A DNA stretch of 40,698 nt from an uncultured Gammaproteobacteria bacterium (GCA_964491425.1 CAZBFR010000001.1:1-40698); one strand, 5' to 3'; positions 17,824 through 24,146 are shown, counted from the stretch's first letter. Notes: generated from the sequence alone by a model not told the origin. Program-made: numbers and translations.

Positions 17824-18546
17824 TCACCGAATGCTACTGTACGCGGACTGGAGCATGCCCTGGAGGGCGATAGCGATGTTCACGGCGAGCTGTTCACGCC
17901 GAACGGGATCGTTTCGAAGCGACGCATGGATTTCGAGCTGGACCGCGTCGAGTCCGGCCTCCCCGTACTTGTACCCGAACGAGCGGACGATGTACCCGCC
18001 ATGTAGCCCGCACCTCACGCCGCGTGCCGCATCTGGCGAGTAGACGAGCGTGTAGTCGAGCTTTAGTGACGCCGCTAGCAGGCGGTCGAGATGACCTGGT
18101 GCAGCGCGTCCCTCATCCGTTCCGAGGATGAGTTGCGGTTCCGGGGGCTCTATCGTAAGTTCGTCGGCAAGGCCGTGGATATCGAGCAGGAACGCGAACC
18201 CGTGTTTACGGATCGTGCGTTCGATCTGGGCGGAGAGAACTCCGTGGTACTCGCGCCAGCTCCCTTCGAACCCTTCGACCCATGCTTGCGGGCCTGGTTT
18301 TCGATTCGGGTCAGCGTGCCGTCGATCAAGGGCGAATCCAACAAACGTCGGTCTAATCTCTCGTTTGTGAAGCTCTGCTATGATCGAGAACGAGAGGTCG
18401 CGCGTGTGGTCGTCGAGTCCGGTGCCCCCTCGCGCGATCCGTTTTGCGACATACGCAAGGATCGGCGCATTGTCGAATCTCTCCGTCCCGTCGTGCGGAA
18501 CGGACAGGATAATCGGACTTGAGCCCTCTGTCAGTACGGTGTGCAT
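17824..18546 (-). CDS. N-formylglutamate amidohydrolase-family (FGase-like) protein, high-GC gene
   Basis: ILSVPHDGTE near the N-terminus and FLLDIHGL mid-protein resemble the FGase family. One spot-counted line (17941-18000) is 41/60 G+C. Confidence 0.5.
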   Translation of the reverse strand: MHTVLTEGSSPIILSVPHDGTERFDNAPILAYVAKRIARGGTGLDDHTRDLSFSIIAELHKREIRPTFVGFALDRRHADPNRKPGPQAWVEGFEGSWREYHGVLSAQIERTIRKHGFAFLLDIHGLADELTIEPPEPQLILGTDEGRAAPGHLDRLLAASLKLDYTLVYSPDAARGVRCGLHGGYIVRSFGYKYGEAGLDAVQLEIHASLRNDPVRREQLAVNIAIALQGMLQSAYSSIR

Positions 18547-18589
18547 TCAATCCTCCAAAATGCTAAAAAACCTTAGCAGAAGGCGGGGA

Positions 18590-19075
18590 TTAGTTCAACT
18601 CGGCAATATAAGGCGCCAGCGCCTCGTCGTTTGTTAAAAAGTATTCCGCCATAATTTCACATTGCTCCTCGATATCGTATTCCCGAAAGATTTTCGTCTC
18701 GTCAAAATGTACCGAATAGGCATTCCGTTCGGTTAGTGTTTCTAAAAGCGCCCTTGGAATATAGCCGGGACCAAAATTCTGATACTGCCAAATATGGCAA
18801 CCTTCATGTACTAGGAGCGCTTGCTGTTTCTTTGTATCCGCCACCCACTTCCTCGGAAATGTAATCGTATTTCCAATCGTGAGGCCAGGGTAAATAATCA
18901 TTGGAAGTCCGCCGTGCTTAATTCGCACTTTGTCATAGTTAACGCTCTCGCCATACAGGCTTTCCAAAATCGTCCGTTCACCATCTGTTAATGTTCGTCG
19001 ATTAATTAACATCGGCACGAAAATGACCGAAAATAATGTGCACCCCGTAATTAAAACAACGATAACTTTACGCAT
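18590..19075 (-). CDS. Membrane-anchored putative zinc metallopeptidase-like protein (HExxH)
   Basis: N-terminal TM VIVVLITGCTLFSVIFVPML and LLVHEGCHIWQYQ (HExxH followed by Q). Lies 43 nt upstream of the FGase-like gene. Confidence 0.5.
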   Translation of the reverse strand: MRKVIVVLITGCTLFSVIFVPMLINRRTLTDGERTILESLYGESVNYDKVRIKHGGLPMIIYPGLTIGNTITFPRKWVADTKKQQALLVHEGCHIWQYQNFGPGYIPRALLETLTERNAYSVHFDETKIFREYDIEEQCEIMAEYFLTNDEALAPYIAELN

Positions 19076-19111
19076 AATTAATTGGGTTTATCGTAGCACA
19101 ATCCATCTAAT

Positions 19112-19141
19112 ATAAACAAAAATCCCGCCGGTAGGGCGGGG
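19112..19141 (-). terminator. Intrinsic terminator (minus strand)
   Basis: Minus strand reads CCCGCC-ctacc-GGCGGG followed by ATTTTTGTTTA. Confidence 0.55.
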
Positions 19142-19151
19142 TTTCGTGAAA

Positions 19152-19283
19152 CTATTCTGCTGTTTCTTCCGCAGGAGCTTCTGGAGCGGTCTCTGGAGTT
19201 GCCTCTGGAGCCATTTCCGTCGTTTCTGGCGCTGGCACTGTTGCCGCGTCATCCGCTACTGGCGTTGTTTGATCATCGTTCAT
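19152..19283 (-). CDS. Possible small acidic low-complexity protein
   Basis: MNDDQTTPVADDAATVPAPETTEMAPEATPETAPEAPAEETAE. Followed by a terminator, but low complexity makes it uncertain. Confidence 0.3.
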   Translation of the reverse strand: MNDDQTTPVADDAATVPAPETTEMAPEATPETAPEAPAEETAE

Positions 19284-19390
19284 AGTGATGAGATTGTGGC
19301 GCGCCTTAGTTGGCGATAAACCGAGAGTCAAGCGTAACACGGATACGGCAAATGACCTAATTTAAACGATTAGGCAATGATATTGACCTT

Positions 19391-19423
19391 TTAAACAAAA
19401 ATCTCTGCGGTTTAAGCAGGGAT
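19391..19423 (-). terminator. Terminator-like hairpin downstream of the membrane-protein gene
   Basis: Minus strand reads ATCCCTGC-ttaaacc-GCAGAGAT (one C-A mismatch) followed by TTTTGTTTAAAA. This is copy 1 of a repeated module. Confidence 0.45.
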
Positions 19424-19442
19424 TATTGTTGAAGCTTTTTGG

Positions 19443-20288
19443 TTACCGAGTTAAGACCGGTCCAATGACCGATACTAACGGCACCGTAAGCTCGACGGAC
19501 GAGGTTTCAACAATCAATTCATTTTCATTAACCGCGAGAACTTTCGAAACAATTCGTTTGTCGTCAGACGTTTTTGAAATGACATACTCTCCGGGTTCAA
19601 ACGTCCTATCCGTTTTGTCGACGATAACTGATTGGCCCTCGATTAAGTCCGGCACAAAGGCGTTTGTTGCAATGATAAACGGTTCCGCGACAATGACCCG
19701 CACCCCAACGATGACCGCGATAAGGATCGCGATGTAACTTATCGTGAAAGCGAGGCCAAGAAAGAATCGCTTAAGTACGGTCGACGTACGGTAATGCGCA
19801 AACGCGATACCAAATCCTGGAAGGAAGACGCTCACGAGTAGCCGAATATGGTCTGGAACGCCTTTGAGCGAACGGATCGTATATGCTACCGCAATTCCAT
19901 AAGTCGTAGCGCCAAGCGAGAGTAGCAGATCGAAGTAATCGAAGGGAGTAAAGTAGATCGTTCCGACGAAAATCAACGTAATTGAAAGGAGAGTTAGTAC
20001 GAAGTTTCGAAGTCGTGGCAGTTCTTTCGATCGAGCGGACGCGTAGGTATGGGTTAGCTCCTCCGTTCGAAGGGTTGTCCATCCCGCGATATAGCTCGCA
20101 AACACGAGTCCCGCGCAAATGACCATAATAAAGTCAGTCGTAATCGGATGGGTAGATAGACTAAAGATAATGAAGAGGACAGTAAGTCCGATCAAGAGCG
20201 TATTAAGACTCGCGCGGTAGGCGATATTAAAGAGTGCCTGTTCTCGTTCATCGGCCGGTACGGTAAGAAACCAAAAGAAATTTTTCAT
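19443..20288 (-). CDS. Polytopic membrane protein with C-terminal S24/S26 peptidase-like domain
   Basis: About 6 TM helices. The tail AFVPDLIEGQSVIVDK...PGEYVISKTSDDKRIVSKVLAV parallels the signal-peptidase/LexA fold blocks, but no SM.PT catalytic Ser is obvious. Confidence 0.55.
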   Translation of the reverse strand: MKNFFWFLTVPADEREQALFNIAYRASLNTLLIGLTVLFIIFSLSTHPITTDFIMVICAGLVFASYIAGWTTLRTEELTHTYASARSKELPRLRNFVLTLLSITLIFVGTIYFTPFDYFDLLLSLGATTYGIAVAYTIRSLKGVPDHIRLLVSVFLPGFGIAFAHYRTSTVLKRFFLGLAFTISYIAILIAVIVGVRVIVAEPFIIATNAFVPDLIEGQSVIVDKTDRTFEPGEYVISKTSDDKRIVSKVLAVNENELIVETSSVELTVPLVSVIGPVLTR

Positions 20289-20290
20289 AG

Positions 20291-20488
20291 TTAAGTAAGA
20301 CTAAATAGATCCTCGACGCGGACTTTAAACAGTTTCGCGCAATGAAACGCGAGAGGGAGGGAGGGGAGGTATTTGCCCTGCTCGATTGCATTAATCGTTT
20401 GGCGAGTCACCCCGAGCTTCTCCGCTAGCTGTTCTTGGGTCATTCCGGCCTTAAGCCGAAATTCCTTTAGATGTGCGTTAATTGGCAT
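20291..20488 (-). CDS. XRE-family helix-turn-helix regulator (about 65 aa)
   Basis: [38 protein letters not shown]. Start at MPINAHL; the longer ORF would cover its own operator repeats. Confidence 0.8.
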   Translation of the reverse strand: MPINAHLKEFRLKAGMTQEQLAEKLGVTRQTINAIEQGKYLPSLPLAFHCAKLFKVRVEDLFSLT

Positions 20489-20496
20489 TTGGGTAT

Positions 20497-20540
20497 GTAA
20501 AACATTATTTACATTTTGAGAGTAAAACATCTTTTACATT
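20497..20540. promoter_or_regulatory. Two 19-nt operator-like repeats upstream of the XRE gene
   Basis: GTAAAACATTATTTACATT (20497-515) and GTAAAACATCTTTTACATT (20522-540) match at 17/19. Each contains a GTAAA(A)/(T)TTTAC inverted repeat. Confidence 0.45.
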
Positions 20541-20598
20541 CTGTCAAGGCCTGGCAGTTGGATTCATCTTTCGCATACGAGGTGGACTAAACATTGGT

Positions 20599-20627
20599 TT
20601 GACAATTTAGGCGGATTTTGCTAATTT
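20599..20627 (+). promoter_or_regulatory. Sigma70-type promoter for the high-GC 168-aa ORF
   Basis: TTGACA (20599-604), 17-nt spacer, TAATTT (20622-27). AGGAG Shine-Dalgarno lies before ATG 20664. Confidence 0.5.
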
Positions 20628-20663
20628 TTTATCGTTCCATTCACCTCGAGACAGGAGAGAGTC

Positions 20664-21170
20664 ATGACCGAATCTTTGACCGGTGAAAGCATTTGGAATG
20701 CACTGAAAGGGGAGCCGGGATTTCTCAGCCAGGTTCCCGAATCCGCGCACCAGAGCTGGAAAGAGCTCTGCCTGGCAGCTGGGCCTGTCATCGGACCGTA
20801 CGCAGACCTCCTGCTTACGGCAAGTAGCCTCATCTCCACCAAGCTCGCGGTTCTGCGGATGATGGTGGAGGGACGGTGGATGCAGAAGATCCTCTCGGCC
20901 CATCCGGACGATGCCTTCGCTGGCGGAAAGGAGGTCATGGTCGAGATGGCGGGCGGCTTGCTTGAGGAGCTTGTCGAACAGCTCGCCAACGCCGTCGGAG
21001 ATGATCCCGACAAGTGGATCGCTGCGCTCGGTGTCACGGATGAGCAGCTCCTCATGGATCCCAAGGGAGGACGGCTCACGCTCGATACTGCCATCAGGTG
21101 GCGTGCGGGCGGCTTCACCATCGGTGATCTCGCGACCACCCAGCCGAGTGCCTTCTTCCGCAACGACTAG
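20664..21170 (+). CDS. Hypothetical protein, high-GC orphan (168 aa)
   Basis: Of four overlapping ORFs, this is the only frame with G/C-rich third positions, ordinary composition and an AGGAG SD. Line 20881-20940 is 37/60 G+C. Confidence 0.6.
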   Translation: MTESLTGESIWNALKGEPGFLSQVPESAHQSWKELCLAAGPVIGPYADLLLTASSLISTKLAVLRMMVEGRWMQKILSAHPDDAFAGGKEVMVEMAGGLLEELVEQLANAVGDDPDKWIAALGVTDEQLLMDPKGGRLTLDTAIRWRAGGFTIGDLATTQPSAFFRND

Positions 21171-21216
21171 CTCGCGCATCGATCGGCGCGTTCCGAGAAC
21201 GTTCAATCGTTCCAAG

Positions 21217-21247
21217 GAGCGTAGCCCGTCGGTGCGCTCTTTGTTTT
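21217..21247 (+). terminator. Intrinsic terminator after the 168-aa ORF
   Basis: GAGCGT-agcccgtcggt-GCGCTC followed by TTTGTTTT. Confidence 0.5.
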
Positions 21248-21278
21248 AAACAAAAATCCCTGCCGTTTAAGCAGAGAC
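21246..21278 (-). terminator. Intrinsic terminator downstream of the nitrilase-family gene
   Basis: Minus strand reads TCTCTGC-ttaaacg-GCAGGGA (one G-U pair) followed by TTTTTGTTTAAAA. This is copy 2 of the repeated module. Confidence 0.5.
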
Positions 21279-21283
21279 ATTTG

Positions 21284-21311
21284 TGGCAGGGCGCCACGGT
21301 CTTGAACTCAG
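21284..21311 (-). other. Decayed tRNA 3'-half-like sequence (possible att remnant)
   Basis: Minus strand CTGAG-TTCAAGA-CCGTG-GCGCCCT-G-CCA has T-arm/acceptor/CCA segment lengths. Its last 11 nt match tRNA-Trp (CGCCC[C]TGCCA), but the T-stem cannot pair. Confidence 0.3.
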
Positions 21312-21397
21312 TTGTTCGGGAGGTTTTGGAAGATTTGCCAGATATGAATGCAGGGACTCCGGTCTGATATCGCGACCTCTCAAAGCTTCAAGCGCAA

Positions 21398-22204
21398 TCA
21401 CTGCAGATTAGCGGCGTAAATCTTCGATGAATCATGTAATGTAGACGTGTCGATCTCCTGAATCAGCACGCATTCACGACGATGGGTCGCTTTTTTCATT
21501 ACTCCAAACACCGGCATGACAACATGGGAATGACCAATCAGCGTATCAACGGAACCATCCGGATTTCTCATGACGCCAGCTGCATTGCAATATATCATTG
21601 CAGCATTTGCCTCAACGGCACGAGTCAAGCAAAGAGCGTCAAGTAATTGCTCTTCAGAGCAAGGGTTGCAATCAGCCATTCTTTCAGCGATTTCACGATA
21701 CCAGTAACTCGGACAATAAATGATCTCGACTCCTTGGGCCTTAAGTCGTTCGAAGATTTCGGGGAATAGCATATCCCAACAAATAACAATGCCGGCGCGC
21801 CCGTACGTCGTATCAAAGACCAGTGCCTCGATGCCGGGATGCAAAAATTTGTATTCCGATGGATAGAGATGATTTTTGCGGTACTCACCGAGTGCCTCTC
21901 CCTGTGCATTGATGTAATAACTAGTATTGAAGTTGCCATCTGGTCGAGCCTCCATGGACGAGCCGGTGACGATATCTATGCTGTACTTCTTTGCTAACAC
22001 TGCGAACATGTCACGATTTTTATGTTCTCGATCAAGCCTCGTAAGATCTCCAAAGATGGAACCGGTGATGCAATCCTCTGGAAATACGACAACTTGCGCA
22101 CCGCGCTTTTTAGCTCGCTTCACAAATCCTTCGATGCGTTGGAAGTTTTTCTCGCGATCGAGATGTGTAATTCTGAACTGGACAACTGCTATTTTGATTT
22201 TCAT
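21398..22204 (-). CDS. Carbon-nitrogen hydrolase (nitrilase superfamily)
   Basis: MKIKIAVVQF, VVVFPE (catalytic Glu) and GIVICWDMLFPE (catalytic Cys). The ORF-track N-terminal extension uses a TTG and covers a hairpin. Confidence 0.85.
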   Translation of the reverse strand: MKIKIAVVQFRITHLDREKNFQRIEGFVKRAKKRGAQVVVFPEDCITGSIFGDLTRLDREHKNRDMFAVLAKKYSIDIVTGSSMEARPDGNFNTSYYINAQGEALGEYRKNHLYPSEYKFLHPGIEALVFDTTYGRAGIVICWDMLFPEIFERLKAQGVEIIYCPSYWYREIAERMADCNPCSEEQLLDALCLTRAVEANAAMIYCNAAGVMRNPDGSVDTLIGHSHVVMPVFGVMKKATHRRECVLIQEIDTSTLHDSSKIYAANLQ

Positions 22205-22224
22205 ATTGAATGATGATGAATAAA

Positions 22225-22258
22225 CGAAAACCGTCCGCATACAGCGAGACGGTTTTCG
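22225..22258 (-). terminator. Terminator-like hairpin 20 nt upstream of the nitrilase-family start
   Basis: 11-bp perfect stem CGAAAACCGTC/GACGGTTTTCG with a 12-nt loop. On the minus strand it runs into TTTATTCATC. Confidence 0.45.
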
Positions 22259-22410
22259 ACGGAGAAGATGTGAATACAAACCACTCCGTCATCACGGGGC
22301 CTGTTTCGGTGGATTGTAGGTGGTTTGCGTCATCATATTTATCTTTAGATGCGATCACCGAGCAACTCTCAAGTGAGTCGTCTCGTTTAATGGGGATTCT
22401 AGCATCCTAT

Positions 22411-22437
22411 TGAAAAGCCGCCACCTTTCGATGACGG
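22411..22437 (-). terminator. Hairpin with GAAA tetraloop downstream of the GNAT-like gene
   Basis: Minus strand reads CCGTCATC-GAAA-GGTGGCGG (8 bp including 2 G-U pairs) followed by CTTTTCA. Confidence 0.4.
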
Positions 22438-22548
22438 GTTTTCAGCAGTCGCTTTGATGGGATTCCGGTCGTCCGGAATGCGTCCGATTCCCCAGGGAAA
22501 ACGGTCGCCAGCACCAAAGCGGCTCTTGGCAGGGGCTAATACACGAAG

Positions 22549-23265
22549 TTAGGACTCTTGTCCTTTAGGGGTGATCCGTTTTTCGAACGTGAGACGTACC
22601 GCGTCTTCCATATGCCTACCGGGTTTATCCACTCTAAAAGTATACGCATCTTTTATGATACCATCCAGTTGAGATGCGTCGCTTAACACAACGTCGCCTC
22701 GCACGAAGCGTTCAGGGTGGTTCGTTAATTCATCGAGTAGTTCCTGTTGATCATCTTGAACGGAATATCCCATTTTCTGAATCCAGCGAATGACGCTGTC
22801 TTGACCGACTTGCAGACGTATTGTTACTACGTTATTGGATGAATCGGCTACCTGCTGTAACCAGCCTTCAGCCGTTTTTAGGAGACGCGAACCAAGGCCG
22901 GAACGAGTCCGTAGGTCCGGCCGCACATATCGGTGTTCGAGCTTGAATGTATGAGAGTCTAAAATACCCAGGTGCATTTCTGCGACCGTACGCTCCTCTT
23001 CGGGTTGGTCGGCGCTCGGTTGCGTGTATTCAAACCTTAATTGATTGGGCCGATTGGGATTGCCTTCTGTGTAGTCTCTGTAATCAAGACGAAGCTTGGT
23101 TCCAGTAATCCCGGGAATAGATTCATCTCGTTCAAAGCAACGATAGATGGTGCTTTTATCGCTCTCATAGATAATGGGAGAGTGATCCGTAAGCTTTCCT
23201 TCTGTAAATCTTTTTGCGATCCCTGGATCAACAGGGAAAATGTTCAGTGAGTCTCGCGTATCCAT
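22549..23265 (-). CDS. GNAT-like acetyltransferase-fold protein with extensions
   Basis: YVRPDLRTRSGLGSRLLKTAEGWL fits the GNAT motif A (R/Q-x-x-G-x-G/A). Start chosen at MDTRDS after GGGAGAAAC; an alternative ATG lies at 23298. Confidence 0.5.
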   Translation of the reverse strand: MDTRDSLNIFPVDPGIAKRFTEGKLTDHSPIIYESDKSTIYRCFERDESIPGITGTKLRLDYRDYTEGNPNRPNQLRFEYTQPSADQPEEERTVAEMHLGILDSHTFKLEHRYVRPDLRTRSGLGSRLLKTAEGWLQQVADSSNNVVTIRLQVGQDSVIRWIQKMGYSVQDDQQELLDELTNHPERFVRGDVVLSDASQLDGIIKDAYTFRVDKPGRHMEDAVRLTFEKRITPKGQES

Positions 23266-23307
23266 GTTTCTCCCGTCTCTCCCTACTTCGCTGGACATAA
23301 GGATTAT

Positions 23308-23637
23308 CTAGTTTGATGCCGACATTCGAGCGTCGCGCACCTTTTGCGCTTCTGCGTCGTCATCGAACCAGTCATTTACTCGGAACCCGTTCCCCATTTT
23401 CTCTATCCTTCCAACTGTGACTCCGTCCAAGACGACGTCTACATTAGCGAATCTATCTATTGCTTCTAATCGTGCAATTAGAGCATCAACTTCTTCGGAT
23501 GTGATTGGAAATTGTCTGGGTAGCATATTTCTTAAGTCCTGGTACTGTTCCTGTGCCTCAGCATCGGTAAGCGGACCTTTGCGCTCTCCACGTTTCGTGA
23601 TACCACCTCGGAATCCCGGTTCTTTACGTTCAGACAT
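23308..23637 (-). CDS. Hypothetical protein (109 aa)
   Basis: Start MSERKEP is preceded by AAGGA. Basic N-terminus and acidic C-terminus; no motif recognised. Co-directional with and adjacent to the GNAT-like gene. Confidence 0.45.
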   Translation of the reverse strand: MSERKEPGFRGGITKRGERKGPLTDAEAQEQYQDLRNMLPRQFPITSEEVDALIARLEAIDRFANVDVVLDGVTVGRIEKMGNGFRVNDWFDDDAEAQKVRDARMSASN

Positions 23638-23763
23638 ATGTTTGTCCTTAATGAATAACAACCCAGTTATAGATTACCACTAATTATTTTAACGGGCTAC
23701 TCTAATGTTTTTCGCTTCGCCGCGCTATCGGACTTTCGGTTCTCTTAGACCATCTCGCAAAAT

Positions 23764-23794
23764 AAAATATCCAGTCACCACGACTAGATATTTT
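23764..23794 (-). terminator. Hairpin immediately 3' of tRNA-Trp
   Basis: Minus strand reads AAATATCTAGTC-gtggt-GACTGGATATTT (12 bp, one wobble) followed by TATTTTG. Confidence 0.45.
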
Positions 23795-23795
23795 A

Positions 23796-23871
23796 TGGCA
23801 GGGGCGACAGGATTCGAACCTGCGACCAACGGTTTTGGAGACCGCTACTCTACCAGCTGAGCTACACCCCT
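23796..23871 (-). tRNA. tRNA-Trp: tRNA-Trp (anticodon CCA), CCA end encoded
   Basis: Folded by hand: acceptor AGGGGTG/CGCCCCT, D arm GCTC..GAGT, anticodon arm GCGGT-CTCCAAA-ACCGT, T arm GCAGG-TTCGAAT-CCTGT, then G-CCA. Confidence 0.95.
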
Positions 23872-23881
23872 ATGCCCGGCT

Positions 23882-23932
23882 AGGATACAGTAAATGGCCA
23901 TTATTTACAAGTTTTTTTCCGCGTGGTACAGT
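23882..23932. promoter_or_regulatory. Overlapping divergent promoters for the tRNA loci
   Basis: Plus strand: TTTACA (23904-09), 17 nt, TACAGT (23927-32) with an upstream TG. Minus strand: TTGTAA (23910-05), 17 nt, TATCCT (23887-82). Confidence 0.4.
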
Positions 23933-23946
23933 GTCGCCACAAAACT

Positions 23947-24023
23947 GCCAATGTAGCTCAGTTGGTTAGAGCAGCTGTTTTGTAAACAGCAGGTCATCGG
24001 TTCAAATCCGATCATTGGCTCCA
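23947..24023 (+). tRNA. tRNA-Thr: tRNA-Thr (anticodon UGU), CCA end encoded
   Basis: GCCAATG-TA-GCTC-AGTTGGTTA-GAGC-A-GCTGT-TTTGTAA-ACAGC-AGGTC-ATCGG-TTCAAAT-CCGAT-CATTGGC-T-CCA. Confidence 0.95.
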
Positions 24024-24031
24024 GACATTTC

Positions 24032-24117
24032 GGGTCGGTACTCAAGCGGTCAACGAGGGCAGACTGTAAATCTGCTGGCATTCGCCTACGGGGGTTCGAG
24101 TCCCTCCCGGCCCACCA
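24032..24117 (+). tRNA. tRNA-Tyr: tRNA-Tyr (anticodon GUA), long variable arm, CCA end encoded
   Basis: Acceptor GGGTCGG/CCGGCCC, anticodon arm GCAGA-CTGTAAA-TCTGC, long variable arm, T arm GGGGG-TTCGAGT-CCCTC, then A-CCA. 86 nt. Confidence 0.95.
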
Positions 24118-24122
24118 AAAAT

Positions 24123-24146
24123 CCATCGCGCAAGCGATGGTTTTTT
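24123..24146 (+). terminator. Intrinsic terminator after tRNA-Tyr
   Basis: CCATCGC-gcaa-GCGATGG followed by TTTTTT. Confidence 0.7.

Noticed and set aside
20607-21249. Three alternative ORFs over the 168-aa high-GC gene (two minus strand, one plus strand)
   Set aside because: Same GC-driven artefact. They lack an SD and promoter and have skewed composition, so the plus-strand 20664-21170 frame is preferred. The choice is still not certain.
19446-21312. GAGTTAAGACCGG (plus strand, 19449-61) resembles GAGTTCAAGACCG (minus strand, 21311-21299), which could be terminal inverted repeats of a 1.85-kb element
   Set aside because: The left copy is the last codons of the membrane-protein gene (PVLTR-stop). 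The match is short, needs a gap, and similarity does not extend on either side. It is most likely chance.
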